DNA from: Candidatus Bathyarchaeum sp.
GTDB lineage: Archaea > Thermoproteota > Bathyarchaeia > Bathyarchaeales > Bathyarchaeaceae
Direction of reading: 5' to 3'
Assembly: GCA_026014495.1 (NCBI GenBank)
Contig: JAOZIF010000171.1
Coordinates: 1 to 64,000, forward strand
DNA: 64,000 bases
In this document: piece by piece, positions 44,703-53,793 of the stretch
Layout of the letters: the number at the start of each line of letters is the position of its first letter
Numbering within the stretch: the stretch's first letter is position 1
Translations under genes and position numbers: made by a program
Notes under the pieces: generated by a model
The model's input: the letters and a program-made list of their open reading frames with translations, nothing else
Database searches by the model: none
Told to the model about the DNA's origin: nothing

Positions 44703-45920
44703 TCATCCTTGCTTACTCCCGGTCACTTTTGTTGACTGTGAAGTTAGCCTGTGCCGTAATTGTCGCACAAGCAGTTGCGGTCCAATGCTCCAGGCTCTGA
44801 CTATCCAGTCTTCGGGCAACATGTTTAGAACATCCTTTCTAAGTATCAAGTCAGAGTTCTGGGGCTCAGAAGGTGTGATAATTGCCTCTTCCAACGGTTT
44901 TGGCACTTCAGGCTCTGTTTCTGGTTGAGGCGATTTAACTGGAGGTGTTTGTGTTTGTTTTTGCACATACTGTGGATGGGTACTAACCCACTCCTTCACT
45001 TTTTCTAATGTCCAGCCTTTGTCCTTCATGAAAAGCAGTGCCATAGGCTGGGGATTCTCTGGTTTATCGCGCAGTAGCCCGTAGATTGCTTGTATTCCGT
45101 TGGTTTGGTCAATCCAAACTGTGGAGAAATGCTCTTCCATGAATACTGCGGACTCAATTATTGGATAAAATATAAATTGCTGTTGAAGCGAAACCTGTTC
45201 GTTCGCTTTTGTTTCATTCTCTTTGAACTTGTTGATTATTGCTTCCCAGAGTTCCACGGTTGTTTGGGGGTCTCCAGGCTGGTAATCTTTCAGGAGTGAA
45301 AGTCCTGTGAATTTGATTCCTCTTGGTGCGTGTCCGTTGAGTTTTTCTAGGGTTTTCCACTCGAATTCTACGCTGCAGTGTTGTATTGTGCCATCCTCGA
45401 TCTGTTTTGTTATATCAGGGTCGTCAAGTTGAGCTACATATTCAATTGCTCCATCTTCATACTCTGCACCGAGTACCCTGCCGTTAATTGGTGTTTTGTG
45501 GTCAAGAATCAGATGTGTTCCTGCTAAGGTGTGAGCGGATTTTTCTAGTTCTTCTTTGAGGTATTCTCTTATCTGTGGCCACTCTTGGGGGTGGACTGTT
45601 CTGATTGGGTGTAGGGCTTTTCCTCGGATCAGGTTTCCTGTTTGTGGAATATTTTTGATTGTGCCTGTCCAGTTGAATGATTCTTTAGCCTGTTTTTCAT
45701 GCTCATTAAACCATTCTTGTGCTTTTTCTGTTGTCCATCCTTTTTCTTTGTTGAACAGGTAACTTACAACTTCTGTTGCTTCTTTATTCCATTGTTTTGC
45801 TGTTATTGCTTGAATGCCTTCTTCTTGGTTGAGGGTTATTGTTTTGAGGGTTTCTGGGTCAAAATCTTCAGGGTTGTTGTGTCCTGAACGAATGACTGTT
45901 TGGGTTTGGTCCCATGGCAA
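44703..45920 (-). CDS. Prohead protease/scaffold with a duplicated accessory domain; TTG start (LPWDQT)
   Basis: Central LILDH...CSVEF protease-like core flanked by two GIQAI...LF.K.KGWT.EK..EW domains. Confidence 0.7.
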   Translation of the reverse strand: MPWDQTQTVIRSGHNNPEDFDPETLKTITLNQEEGIQAITAKQWNKEATEVVSYLFNKEKGWTTEKAQEWFNEHEKQAKESFNWTGTIKNIPQTGNLIRGKALHPIRTVHPQEWPQIREYLKEELEKSAHTLAGTHLILDHKTPINGRVLGAEYEDGAIEYVAQLDDPDITKQIEDGTIQHCSVEFEWKTLEKLNGHAPRGIKFTGLSLLKDYQPGDPQTTVELWEAIINKFKENETKANEQVSLQQQFIFYPIIESAVFMEEHFSTVWIDQTNGIQAIYGLLRDKPENPQPMALLFMKDKGWTLEKVKEWVSTHPQYVQKQTQTPPVKSPQPETEPEVPKPLEEAIITPSEPQNSDLILRKDVLNMLPEDWIVRAWSIGPQLLVRQLRHRLTSQSTKVTGSKQG

Positions 45921-46100
45921 ACTTTTGCACCTAACATGATTGGTGCGATGCAATGTTAAAAGATGAAATCAGCACTTGAGACAGATTAACTATTGTGCCA
46001 TACTTGGTTTTTGTTGTTTTATTTTCGGTTACCTCTCTATGGAACGTTGTTGTTTGTTGGTTAACAGCCTTTTTAGCTGTATTTAGTGAACTTCTTGGTT

Positions 46101-46316
46101 ATGGTAAAAATACAAAAACGGCTAGTGAAGAAGCGATACTACAGTAAGGCAGAATACAAGTACCCAGTGTATTCTTTGACTATACCTAAGGAGTTTCACG
46201 ACCTTCTTAAACCGTTCTTAGATGAAGACTTGGAAGCAAAAGTAGAACACAAAACAGATGTTTTAACAATCACTCTAATGCCAAGCAGTCACAATTCATC
46301 CCGAACCAAGTTTTGA
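46101..46316 (+). CDS. AbrB-like DNA-binding protein
   Basis: YSLTIPKEF motif, ~71 aa. Confidence 0.55.
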   Translation: MVKIQKRLVKKRYYSKAEYKYPVYSLTIPKEFHDLLKPFLDEDLEAKVEHKTDVLTITLMPSSHNSSRTKF

Positions 46317-46999
46317 AATCTTTTTTTGAACTTCAGAAATTATTTATCTGGATTCTTGTTAACTCAGCTTGGGGCATGCTTGTTATGTTTAATAGTAAAA
46401 AGAATCCTGAGCCTTTTACAGACTTTCTTTATTGTTTAGGGAGTTTGGAGCGCAAAAACAGCCAACTATTTGCTGAATTGGCAAGCAAAACCGTTCTTTC
46501 TGAGGTTCGGGGCAACTTGCTCAAGATTTCTGAGGGCAATGAAATGCATGCCAAAGTTCTCATCGAATTGAGTGGTCGGGTTGAGGGTCCAAAGCCAAAA
46601 ACAGGTGAGTGTAAACGAAAACTAAGACCTGTGTGTAAACTTACTGAGTCACTTCTTAATCAGGTGCACAAAAAGAAGACGCTTTCTGCAGATGAGCTTT
46701 CATCTATTTTGCTGACTTTGGAGCGTTCAGGTGGTGCTATGCAGTATTTGCAGATTCAGGCTGAAACTTTTCTTTTTATGTCAAAAGAAATCAGTCAACT
46801 GTATGGCATGAACTTGGAAGTTTTTCATGACCATATTATGGAAATTGCTCAACAAGTGGAAGAACATATAGAACTTTTGGAGGAAGTGAAAACGATGATT
46901 GCACAGAGCACTAGGAAAAAGGATGGAATGCATCATCCAGTGGTTAAGTACCAAACTCCTGATGCATGGTTTCAACCAAGAACTATGGGTGAATCATAG
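46313..46999 (+). CDS. Ferritin-like four-helix hypothetical protein (start probably ~46377)
   Basis: LE...LF..L, E..H..VL and E.H..LL helix pattern. Confidence 0.5.
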   Translation: MKSFFELQKLFIWILVNSAWGMLVMFNSKKNPEPFTDFLYCLGSLERKNSQLFAELASKTVLSEVRGNLLKISEGNEMHAKVLIELSGRVEGPKPKTGECKRKLRPVCKLTESLLNQVHKKKTLSADELSSILLTLERSGGAMQYLQIQAETFLFMSKEISQLYGMNLEVFHDHIMEIAQQVEEHIELLEEVKTMIAQSTRKKDGMHHPVVKYQTPDAWFQPRTMGES

Positions 47000-47503
47000 T
47001 TAAAACTGGTTTAGGCTAAACAGTTCGTCTTTTTGTTTCTTTTTTCTTGGTTTGGGTGTTTCTGCAGGATACCCAAAAGTGACTAGGGCTACGACTTTCC
47101 AGTCTTGAGGAATTTTCAGAGCCTGTTTGATTTTCTCTTCGTTGAAACTTCCTATCCAGCATGAACCGACTCCTAAGCTCCAAGCAGCAAGAACCATGTT
47201 TTCTAAGGCAATTGTAGTGTCGATTGTTGCCCATTTTCCAGTTAACACTGCTTTTGGGTTAGCACATCCAACAATTATAACAGGGGCTTTTTCGAGGAAT
47301 TGACTAAGAAGCCCCTTCAGTTCTTTTTTGATTTTGGCATCTGTTACAATAACGAAGCGGTATGGCTGTCTGTTTGCTGCGGAAGGTGACTGTCTACCTG
47401 CTTCAACTATCTGATCCAAAACATCTTTTGGAATTTCCTTGTTTTCGTAACGTCTAATGCTTTTGCGACTTAAAATAATTTTAAGTATGGACATGAGCAT
47501 CAA
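47000..47503 (-). CDS. Nitroreductase family protein
   Basis: RKSIRRY, PSAANRQP, LGVGSCWIG motifs. Confidence 0.92.
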   Translation of the reverse strand: MMLMSILKIILSRKSIRRYENKEIPKDVLDQIVEAGRQSPSAANRQPYRFVIVTDAKIKKELKGLLSQFLEKAPVIIVGCANPKAVLTGKWATIDTTIALENMVLAAWSLGVGSCWIGSFNEEKIKQALKIPQDWKVVALVTFGYPAETPKPRKKKQKDELFSLNQF

Positions 47504-47581
47504 TACTATTTTGTGGTTTATTGTATATTTATCTGTTCAAACAGTGTGTTTTTGGTTAGTTAATTGCTTGATGGAAATATT

Positions 47582-47595
47582 TAATTAGCTAACTA
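47582..47595. promoter_or_regulatory. Candidate MarR operator
   Basis: TAATTAGCTAACTA near-palindrome overlapping the AT-rich promoter region between divergent nitroreductase and marR genes. Confidence 0.35.
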
Positions 47596-47633
47596 ACTAT
47601 TTTTGATTGATCCTAAACACTAGAGGAATCTGA

Positions 47634-48059
47634 TTGGAAGACAGTTTGAGCTATTTGTTACGCACTGTTGCAATGCGATACCGTTACTATGCACACAACA
47701 TGTTAGGTAAAGACAAATGGGGCGTCAGCCAAGATTTAATCATTTACCATCTTGCAAAACAAAAACATCTTAATCAAAAGGACCTTGTCAACAAACTAAA
47801 CATTACACCCGCTTCAGTTTCAAGTGTTGTTGGTCAGATGGAATCTGAAGGATTACTTGTAAGAGTTCAAGACGAAGAAGATGCAAGAAAATTTAGATTA
47901 TCGCTAACCGAGAAAGGCCAGAATCTGTTGCCCCCTGTAATAAATTCGTGGCTTAACATCCAAGAAGACATAACCAAAGGGTTCACTGAAGAAGAAAAAG
48001 TAACCTTTTTACGTCTTTTAAAGCAAGTAGAACGGAATCTTGACGAGCTAACCCATTAA
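47634..48059 (+). CDS. MarR family regulator
   Basis: NQKDLV...ITPASVS..V.QME..GLLVR..D.EDARKF.LSLTEKG. Confidence 0.92.
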   Translation: MEDSLSYLLRTVAMRYRYYAHNMLGKDKWGVSQDLIIYHLAKQKHLNQKDLVNKLNITPASVSSVVGQMESEGLLVRVQDEEDARKFRLSLTEKGQNLLPPVINSWLNIQEDITKGFTEEEKVTFLRLLKQVERNLDELTH

Positions 48060-48061
48060 CA

Positions 48062-49276
48062 TTGAAAGAGGACTATTTGTTGAAAAATAACCAAAAACCT
48101 GAAGCAGACGATTTCGTGTTTGACAAGCGACTCTACGTAATATTCTTGATAATATTCACAGAAGTGTTGGGTTTCAGCATAGTCTTGCCGTTAATCCCCT
48201 TTTTAGGATTAGAGCTTGGATTAACTGCAGTGCAAATAGGGCTTATTGCAAGTGTGTTCAGTGTCTGTCAATTATTTGCCAGCCCAATAACAGGCAAACT
48301 AAGTGACCACTTTGGACGCAAACCATTGTTCATCTTAAGTCAAATAAGCACATTTGCTGGTTTCATCTTCCTTGGATTTGCTACAACTGCAATTCTGTTA
48401 ATTATTGCACGGTTAATTGACGGATTACTCGGAAGTAACATGACTGTCAGCGAAGCCTACATCAGCGACATAACTGAACCTAAACACCGAACCCGAGTCT
48501 ACGGATATTCCAGTGGAGTATTTGGCGCTGGGTTGATATTTGGTCCTGTTATTGGCGGTGTTCTATCTACAATTAATTATTCTATTCCAATGTTCTTTGC
48601 AGCAGGCATAACATTGGTTTCAATTATCCTGATTTTTTTCCTTCCTGAAACAGTAACTAAAAAGACAGGCAAACTTTCTCTTAGCTTCAATGATGTTCTT
48701 CCTGTTAATGATGTTAAATCCTTCATAAAAAACCACAAAGTAAGAAACAGTTTGTTAATGTTTTTTATTTACAACATCGGATTTCAATTGTTTATCTCTA
48801 ACTTTAGTTTACTCGCAGAAAGCCAATTTAACGCCAGCGCTAACCAAGTTAGCTTTTACATGGCATGGATTGGCATACTACGCGTAATCATCCAAACACT
48901 CCTAATTGCCCGTGTACTGCGCGCCTTGGGTGAAAGACACATCCTAATAACAGGAATACTTTCCATGGCCCTTTCAATGATAACTATTGCATTTTCGACA
49001 GAATATCTGTTTGTTTTCGTTCCATTAATCTTTCTTGCCTATGGCACAGGAGTCAGCAGACCCATTTTAACAAGTAAACTAACAAACAGCGTTACACAAA
49101 AGGAAACTGCAACAATCCTAGGCGTTAACAACTCACTAAATAGCGTAGCCCAAATAATAACACCAATTGTAGGAGGATTTGTAATTGAGTACTTGCCATC
49201 ACAAACGTTACCTATAATGTCAACTGTGTTCTTTGCATCACTGTTACTCTTTCTAAGAAACAGGGCTAAACCTTAA
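48062..49276 (+). CDS. MFS transporter (DHA1/TetA-like)
   Basis: 12 TM segments; GKLSDHFGRK motif A; AYISDIT motif. Confidence 0.92.
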   Translation: MKEDYLLKNNQKPEADDFVFDKRLYVIFLIIFTEVLGFSIVLPLIPFLGLELGLTAVQIGLIASVFSVCQLFASPITGKLSDHFGRKPLFILSQISTFAGFIFLGFATTAILLIIARLIDGLLGSNMTVSEAYISDITEPKHRTRVYGYSSGVFGAGLIFGPVIGGVLSTINYSIPMFFAAGITLVSIILIFFLPETVTKKTGKLSLSFNDVLPVNDVKSFIKNHKVRNSLLMFFIYNIGFQLFISNFSLLAESQFNASANQVSFYMAWIGILRVIIQTLLIARVLRALGERHILITGILSMALSMITIAFSTEYLFVFVPLIFLAYGTGVSRPILTSKLTNSVTQKETATILGVNNSLNSVAQIITPIVGGFVIEYLPSQTLPIMSTVFFASLLLFLRNRAKP

Positions 49277-49309
49277 TCCTACTACCATACAAATAGTGTT
49301 TGAATTAGC

Positions 49310-50584
49310 ATGGTTAATTTAGCAGTTATAGGCGCAGGAATCGGAGGTTGTTCTGCAGCATATTTTGCTCACAAATATATTCCAGACTCAAAGGTGACTG
49401 TTTATGAGATGGAAAACAGAGTCGGTGGAAGAGCCTTTACTTACTCTAAAGAAGAAATGAACACTGAGTTGGGTGCAGAGTTCTTCAATCCCACTAACAA
49501 GACAGTCTGCAACCTTGTAGATGAACTGGGTCTCAAAGTAAAGAAACTCAAGGAGACTACAGATATTGCAGTATGGAATGGAACAGAAATCATCTTCAAG
49601 TCAAGTCAGCCAATGTTTTATAATCTGCTAAAACTGTTCACCAAATACAAGCTTAGTGTGCCACGGCTACTTCGCATGTTAAGAGAAGCAAATGGACAAA
49701 TAAAAAAATTATACACAAAAGAAAAACCTGCAGAGTTCTGGGAACATTTTGAAAATGTTGGTCTTGACAAGTGGCATAAACTGCGGTTTGACAACATTTT
49801 GGTTAACATGGGAATTGACCACAAATTTATAGATGAAATAATCACGCCTATCACAAGGATAATTTACTCCCAAAACGCTGAGCTGGGAGGATTCGCTGGG
49901 CTCTCAGCTTTACTGGGCGTCTATGGAGAAGCAATTTACCGTCTCAAAGACGGCAACGATAGTTTGCCAAGAAAGCTTCTTGAAGCATCCCCTTCTAAGC
50001 TTGAATTAGAAAGCAAAGTGAAAAGCATCGAAAAAACCTCTAAAGGCTCTTTTAGGATCTTAGTTGGAGAGAATGCCTCAGTTTTTGATGCCGTGATTAT
50101 TGCAACACCATTAGAAGTCGCTGATATAGCCATTGACGGAGTGCCAAAACAGTTGCAAGCACGTGAATACCAGAAAATCTACATCAGATTAATGAAGGGA
50201 ACTGTAAATTTGAGGTATTTTAATCTTAATGCATCCGATAAATTGCCCTCTATTATCCTCACTTCCAAACAAGCAGATCCACTAACTCGGTTTTCATTTA
50301 ATAAATCACCAAAAAGCGATGAAACGTGGGTGAGTGTCACCTCAACGGAGCCAATAGGAAACGATCTTTTAGACGAGCTTTTCGAGAACGGGAGAACTAT
50401 TGTAGATCATACTTGGAATGCAGCATACCCAATTTTCAAACCAACCCCGAAACTTCCATCTACTTGCCTTGACAAGGGACTACTATACCTTAACTCGATA
50501 GAATCTGCAGCCTCAAGCCTAGAATCATCAACGTTTGCCGCCCTAAACAGCATAAAAATAATAAAAGAACAACTAGACACCTAA
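49310..50584 (+). CDS. FAD oxidoreductase resembling prenylcysteine oxidase/lyase
   Basis: GAGIGG Rossmann motif, RVGGR, WNGTEIIF, R.IYSQN, GN..L...LL.AS, YLNSIESAASSLE. Confidence 0.75.
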   Translation: MVNLAVIGAGIGGCSAAYFAHKYIPDSKVTVYEMENRVGGRAFTYSKEEMNTELGAEFFNPTNKTVCNLVDELGLKVKKLKETTDIAVWNGTEIIFKSSQPMFYNLLKLFTKYKLSVPRLLRMLREANGQIKKLYTKEKPAEFWEHFENVGLDKWHKLRFDNILVNMGIDHKFIDEIITPITRIIYSQNAELGGFAGLSALLGVYGEAIYRLKDGNDSLPRKLLEASPSKLELESKVKSIEKTSKGSFRILVGENASVFDAVIIATPLEVADIAIDGVPKQLQAREYQKIYIRLMKGTVNLRYFNLNASDKLPSIILTSKQADPLTRFSFNKSPKSDETWVSVTSTEPIGNDLLDELFENGRTIVDHTWNAAYPIFKPTPKLPSTCLDKGLLYLNSIESAASSLESSTFAALNSIKIIKEQLDT

Positions 50585-50729
50585 CATTGCAGCAAAACTA
50601 ATGCTAGATTGTGTTATCACCTGAATAACAGTAATTGCCAGTTCTCTCAAGCTGAGGATTAAAATTTGACTTTTCCTTTTTTATTTATTCAAGATATCTT
50701 TTTATCAACTAGCTAATCTAGTAATATTC

Positions 50730-51632
50730 ATGCCTGAGAGGGAGAAACGGGTTCGTTTTGCTGCGTTTTTGAATGTTGCCTTCACTATCTTAGAGCTTGT
50801 TGGCGGATTGTGGACAAACAGCCTTGCAATTCTTTCTGACGCATTACATGACTTCGGCGACAGTGTCGCATTACTAGCCTCATGGCTTTTCGAACGTGGC
50901 GCACGCAAATCACCTGATACAAACCGAACATTCGGGTACCAACGGCTATCCCTGTTTTCTGCAATATTTGCCGCTTCTATCCTTATTGGAGGTTCTATCA
51001 TAATCATCTTTCAGGCCATACCTCGTTTATTAAATCCAGAAGCTGTAAACGCAACTGGAATGGTTGGCATCGCCATCATAGGCATCGTATTCAATGGCAC
51101 AGGATTCTTTTTACTAAAAAAAGGAGAAAGCCTAAACGAAAAAGTGCTTTCTTGGCATCTCCTAGAAGATGTACTAGGTTGGGTAGGCATTCTTGCTGGA
51201 GCAATAGTAATCTACTTCTGGAAAATTTACATCCTTGACCCAATAATAACAATCGGCTTAACTGTCTTCATCCTCTACAACGTAACAAAAAGTCTCACAG
51301 AAGCAATCAATATCCTTTTGCAGGGTGTGCCAAAACACATCAATCTCGAAGTCGTCAAACAAGACCTAAAATCAATCAAAGGCGTAATTGGAATCCACGA
51401 TATCCACATCTGGTCCTTAGAGGGAGAAACCGATGTCTTCACAGCACATGTAGTGCTAGACAATGAAACCCTAAAAAGCCCTGAACCCACCAAACAAACA
51501 ATCAAAAAAACACTCCAAAAACATCACATTGAACATTCAACAATTGAACTAGAAAGCAAATACCACTGCTCAGGCATGATATGTGAAGAACGGCACACAA
51601 ACAACAAACCAAACAGCGCCCCTGAAAAATAG
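50730..51632 (+). CDS. Cation diffusion facilitator (CzcD-like Zn/Co/Cd exporter)
   Basis: SDALHD, TFGYQR, HLLEDV, IHDIHIW, HSTIE motifs. Confidence 0.93.
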   Translation: MPEREKRVRFAAFLNVAFTILELVGGLWTNSLAILSDALHDFGDSVALLASWLFERGARKSPDTNRTFGYQRLSLFSAIFAASILIGGSIIIIFQAIPRLLNPEAVNATGMVGIAIIGIVFNGTGFFLLKKGESLNEKVLSWHLLEDVLGWVGILAGAIVIYFWKIYILDPIITIGLTVFILYNVTKSLTEAINILLQGVPKHINLEVVKQDLKSIKGVIGIHDIHIWSLEGETDVFTAHVVLDNETLKSPEPTKQTIKKTLQKHHIEHSTIELESKYHCSGMICEERHTNNKPNSAPEK

Positions 51633-51866
51633 TTCTTATCCAAGAAAAACAAGGTTTTTGACCCCGGCAAAACAACACAAACAGCCTCACTCAAGCAGCA
51701 GTTTTAACATGAACTTAGATACTGTTTTCATATATCTACCCGAAGAAACGTTTTCGCCCTAGGCGTTTCTTTCCGAATAACTGTTTTACCGCAGCCCAAA
51801 ACAGACCAAACATGTAAAAAAAAGTGATAGCTCCGAAAAAGCTTTCATTTTAGTTGGTGATGCTGT

Positions 51867-52178
51867 ATGCGTCGTGGACCAAAAAAAGGCTCAAAATTCT
51901 GTGACTTGCTAGAGGCACTAAAATTTCTTAACATGTTCAAAAAAACTCCAAAAAACGTGTACCAACTCTATCACAGTAGCCTGCATTTTGACACCAAAAA
52001 AATCTACCGTTACCTTAGATACTGTATCAAAGAAGAGCTTCTAGAAATTGACCACATCGAAGAGGCAAAATTTCTTCCCTCAAAATACTACAGGCTCACA
52101 CAGAAAGGAAGAGACTTCATTGACCTCTTCAATGATTCACACAAGAAACCATTAGCACCTAAACAAAACTCGGCATAG
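51867..52178 (+). CDS. Winged-helix protein upstream of the portal gene
   Basis: YLRYCIKEELL...YYRLTQKG. Confidence 0.7.
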   Translation: MRRGPKKGSKFCDLLEALKFLNMFKKTPKNVYQLYHSSLHFDTKKIYRYLRYCIKEELLEIDHIEEAKFLPSKYYRLTQKGRDFIDLFNDSHKKPLAPKQNSA

Positions 52179-52220
52179 ATGCTCATTTTAACTTAAGACC
52201 AAAAATCACCCACAAAACTG

Positions 52221-53438
52221 TTGGATGTAACAACCTTGAGCGCAGTTGTAAAAAAATTCAAACACCTATACGAAAAACTGCAACCAAACACCGGAACTCT
52301 TCTTCCTGCATGGCGACAAGTCTATGGAGAAACTCGAACAGTCAGTTTCGGTGACATGCTAACCGCTTATGGTCAAGATCCAAGCTGCAAGGCTTTTGTT
52401 GATTTCTTGGCTGACCAAGCTGTAGGTGCAGGGTTCTATACTACAGTTAACGAGCAATACGGCAAAGCTGACCAAACAAAACAAATAGTGGACGACTTCA
52501 ACGAAGCCGTCAACCTTGATGAACTACTCCAAATCGCAGCCAGAGAAATTGTAGCATCAGGCAATAGTTTTTGGCTAAAAACTGAACCCGAAAATCTGCA
52601 AAACCTCAAAATCCTTCCACTAACCGGATTTGATAACCCAACTGCAATAAAACGAAACCAATACGGCACCGTAACAGGTTACAACTACATCTACGGCGAA
52701 GTAAAAACGGCCTTTACACCAGAAAAAATAGTCCACTTCCGTTGGAACCCAACAAATTTTTCAGCATATGGAACTGGTGTCCTTCAAGTATTGCTCAGCG
52801 AACTATGCTTCAACGGAGAAACCAGACTCAGCTTTTTGGAAATGAAAGCCCGAATCGAAAAAATTATGCCTGAAATCTTCGAAAAATATGCAGGACCAGA
52901 CGAACTGTGGATATTCGCCGGGGCAAGCGACGAAAAACTTGCAGAATACCAAAAACTCATAAAAACAAAACCCAAAGCTGGTGCACGATTTGTTTACAAC
53001 AAACCAGAAGCAGACATAAAAACTGTTTCTGTTGACCCAAGGGCACGGTACGAACCCTACATAGATCATGTTCTAAACCAAGTCTATCTGGGCGGACAAA
53101 CTCCCCTGCCAAAGCTTTTTACAACTCCTGGATTCACAGAAGCATCTGCCCGAGCAGCCCTAGACATCGCAGAAAGGAAAGTCATGGCACTGCAACGCTT
53201 CGTAAAACGAACCTGCGAGCGAGAAATCTTTTCTCCTATAATACAGCAGGCGGGACTTGACCCCAAAAAGGCAAATTGCAGACTAAACTGGGGCACAGAA
53301 AAACCTGAAGTTAAACTCGAAGACCTAATCCGATTAGCCGAAATGAGCTCTAATCAAGAAAATCCGATTGTGAGACCTGAGGAAGTGAGAAAAAACTTGG
53401 TTAAAGCAGGCTTTGAGTTGTGGGAAAGAAACCAGTAA
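52221..53438 (+). CDS. Phage portal protein
   Basis: 405 aa; GNSFW, EKIVHFRWN...YGTG, GGQTP, ANCRLNW patterns typical of portals. Confidence 0.88.
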   Translation: MDVTTLSAVVKKFKHLYEKLQPNTGTLLPAWRQVYGETRTVSFGDMLTAYGQDPSCKAFVDFLADQAVGAGFYTTVNEQYGKADQTKQIVDDFNEAVNLDELLQIAAREIVASGNSFWLKTEPENLQNLKILPLTGFDNPTAIKRNQYGTVTGYNYIYGEVKTAFTPEKIVHFRWNPTNFSAYGTGVLQVLLSELCFNGETRLSFLEMKARIEKIMPEIFEKYAGPDELWIFAGASDEKLAEYQKLIKTKPKAGARFVYNKPEADIKTVSVDPRARYEPYIDHVLNQVYLGGQTPLPKLFTTPGFTEASARAALDIAERKVMALQRFVKRTCEREIFSPIIQQAGLDPKKANCRLNWGTEKPEVKLEDLIRLAEMSSNQENPIVRPEEVRKNLVKAGFELWERNQ

Positions 53439-53658
53439 CCGGGAGGTGAGGTATTTGGGATTAGAATTTAAGCCAAAACTCTCCGTTATTATAGCGGCAA
53501 TTCATGGTGTATCTATAGCTTTGTCTTACATAGTTACTCAGGGCGACATTACCGCCATGGTTTTGTGGGCAGCGGTATCTGCGGGTGCAACAGCGGGACT
53601 AAGTTACTACACGGAGCAAGAACAAACAGACGATTCAGTCGAGAGTTCTGCATCATAA
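53413..53658 (+). CDS. Small membrane protein (holin-like candidate); true start may be a TTG ~15 codons downstream
   Basis: Two hydrophobic helices, acidic tail, GGAGGTGA SD. Confidence 0.45.
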   Translation: MSCGKETSNREVRYLGLEFKPKLSVIIAAIHGVSIALSYIVTQGDITAMVLWAAVSAGATAGLSYYTEQEQTDDSVESSAS

Positions 53659-53793
53659 GCATGTGCTAACATTTTTACGTTAGTTGTAGTATTTCACATC
53701 CATTTTTCTATATTTTTTTTCTATAACATAACTTCAGAAGCCATTTAAATGAATGTATGCTTACGTAACTAGTCTCTAAAGGAGATTTCCGTC

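Larger units (their letters stand above)
27085..53658. mobile_element. Head-tail virus-derived module (provirus remnant or GTA-like element) with interspersed host-type genes; boundaries approximate
   Basis: TerL, portal, HK97 MCP, protease, tail tube, HK97-gp10, tape measure; no integrase, replication genes or att repeats recognised. Confidence 0.85.

Noticed and set aside
44665-44725. Open frame upstream of the cement GTG suggesting a protease-cement frameshift fusion
   Set aside because: A GGAGG SD sits 8 nt before the GTG, and no slippery heptamer lies in register before the protease stop.
45930-53690. Inverted repeats marking an invertible segment
   Set aside because: Only a weak match (aatgttaaaagatg vs aatgttagcacatg) was found and no recombinase is visible, so it is not reported as a site.
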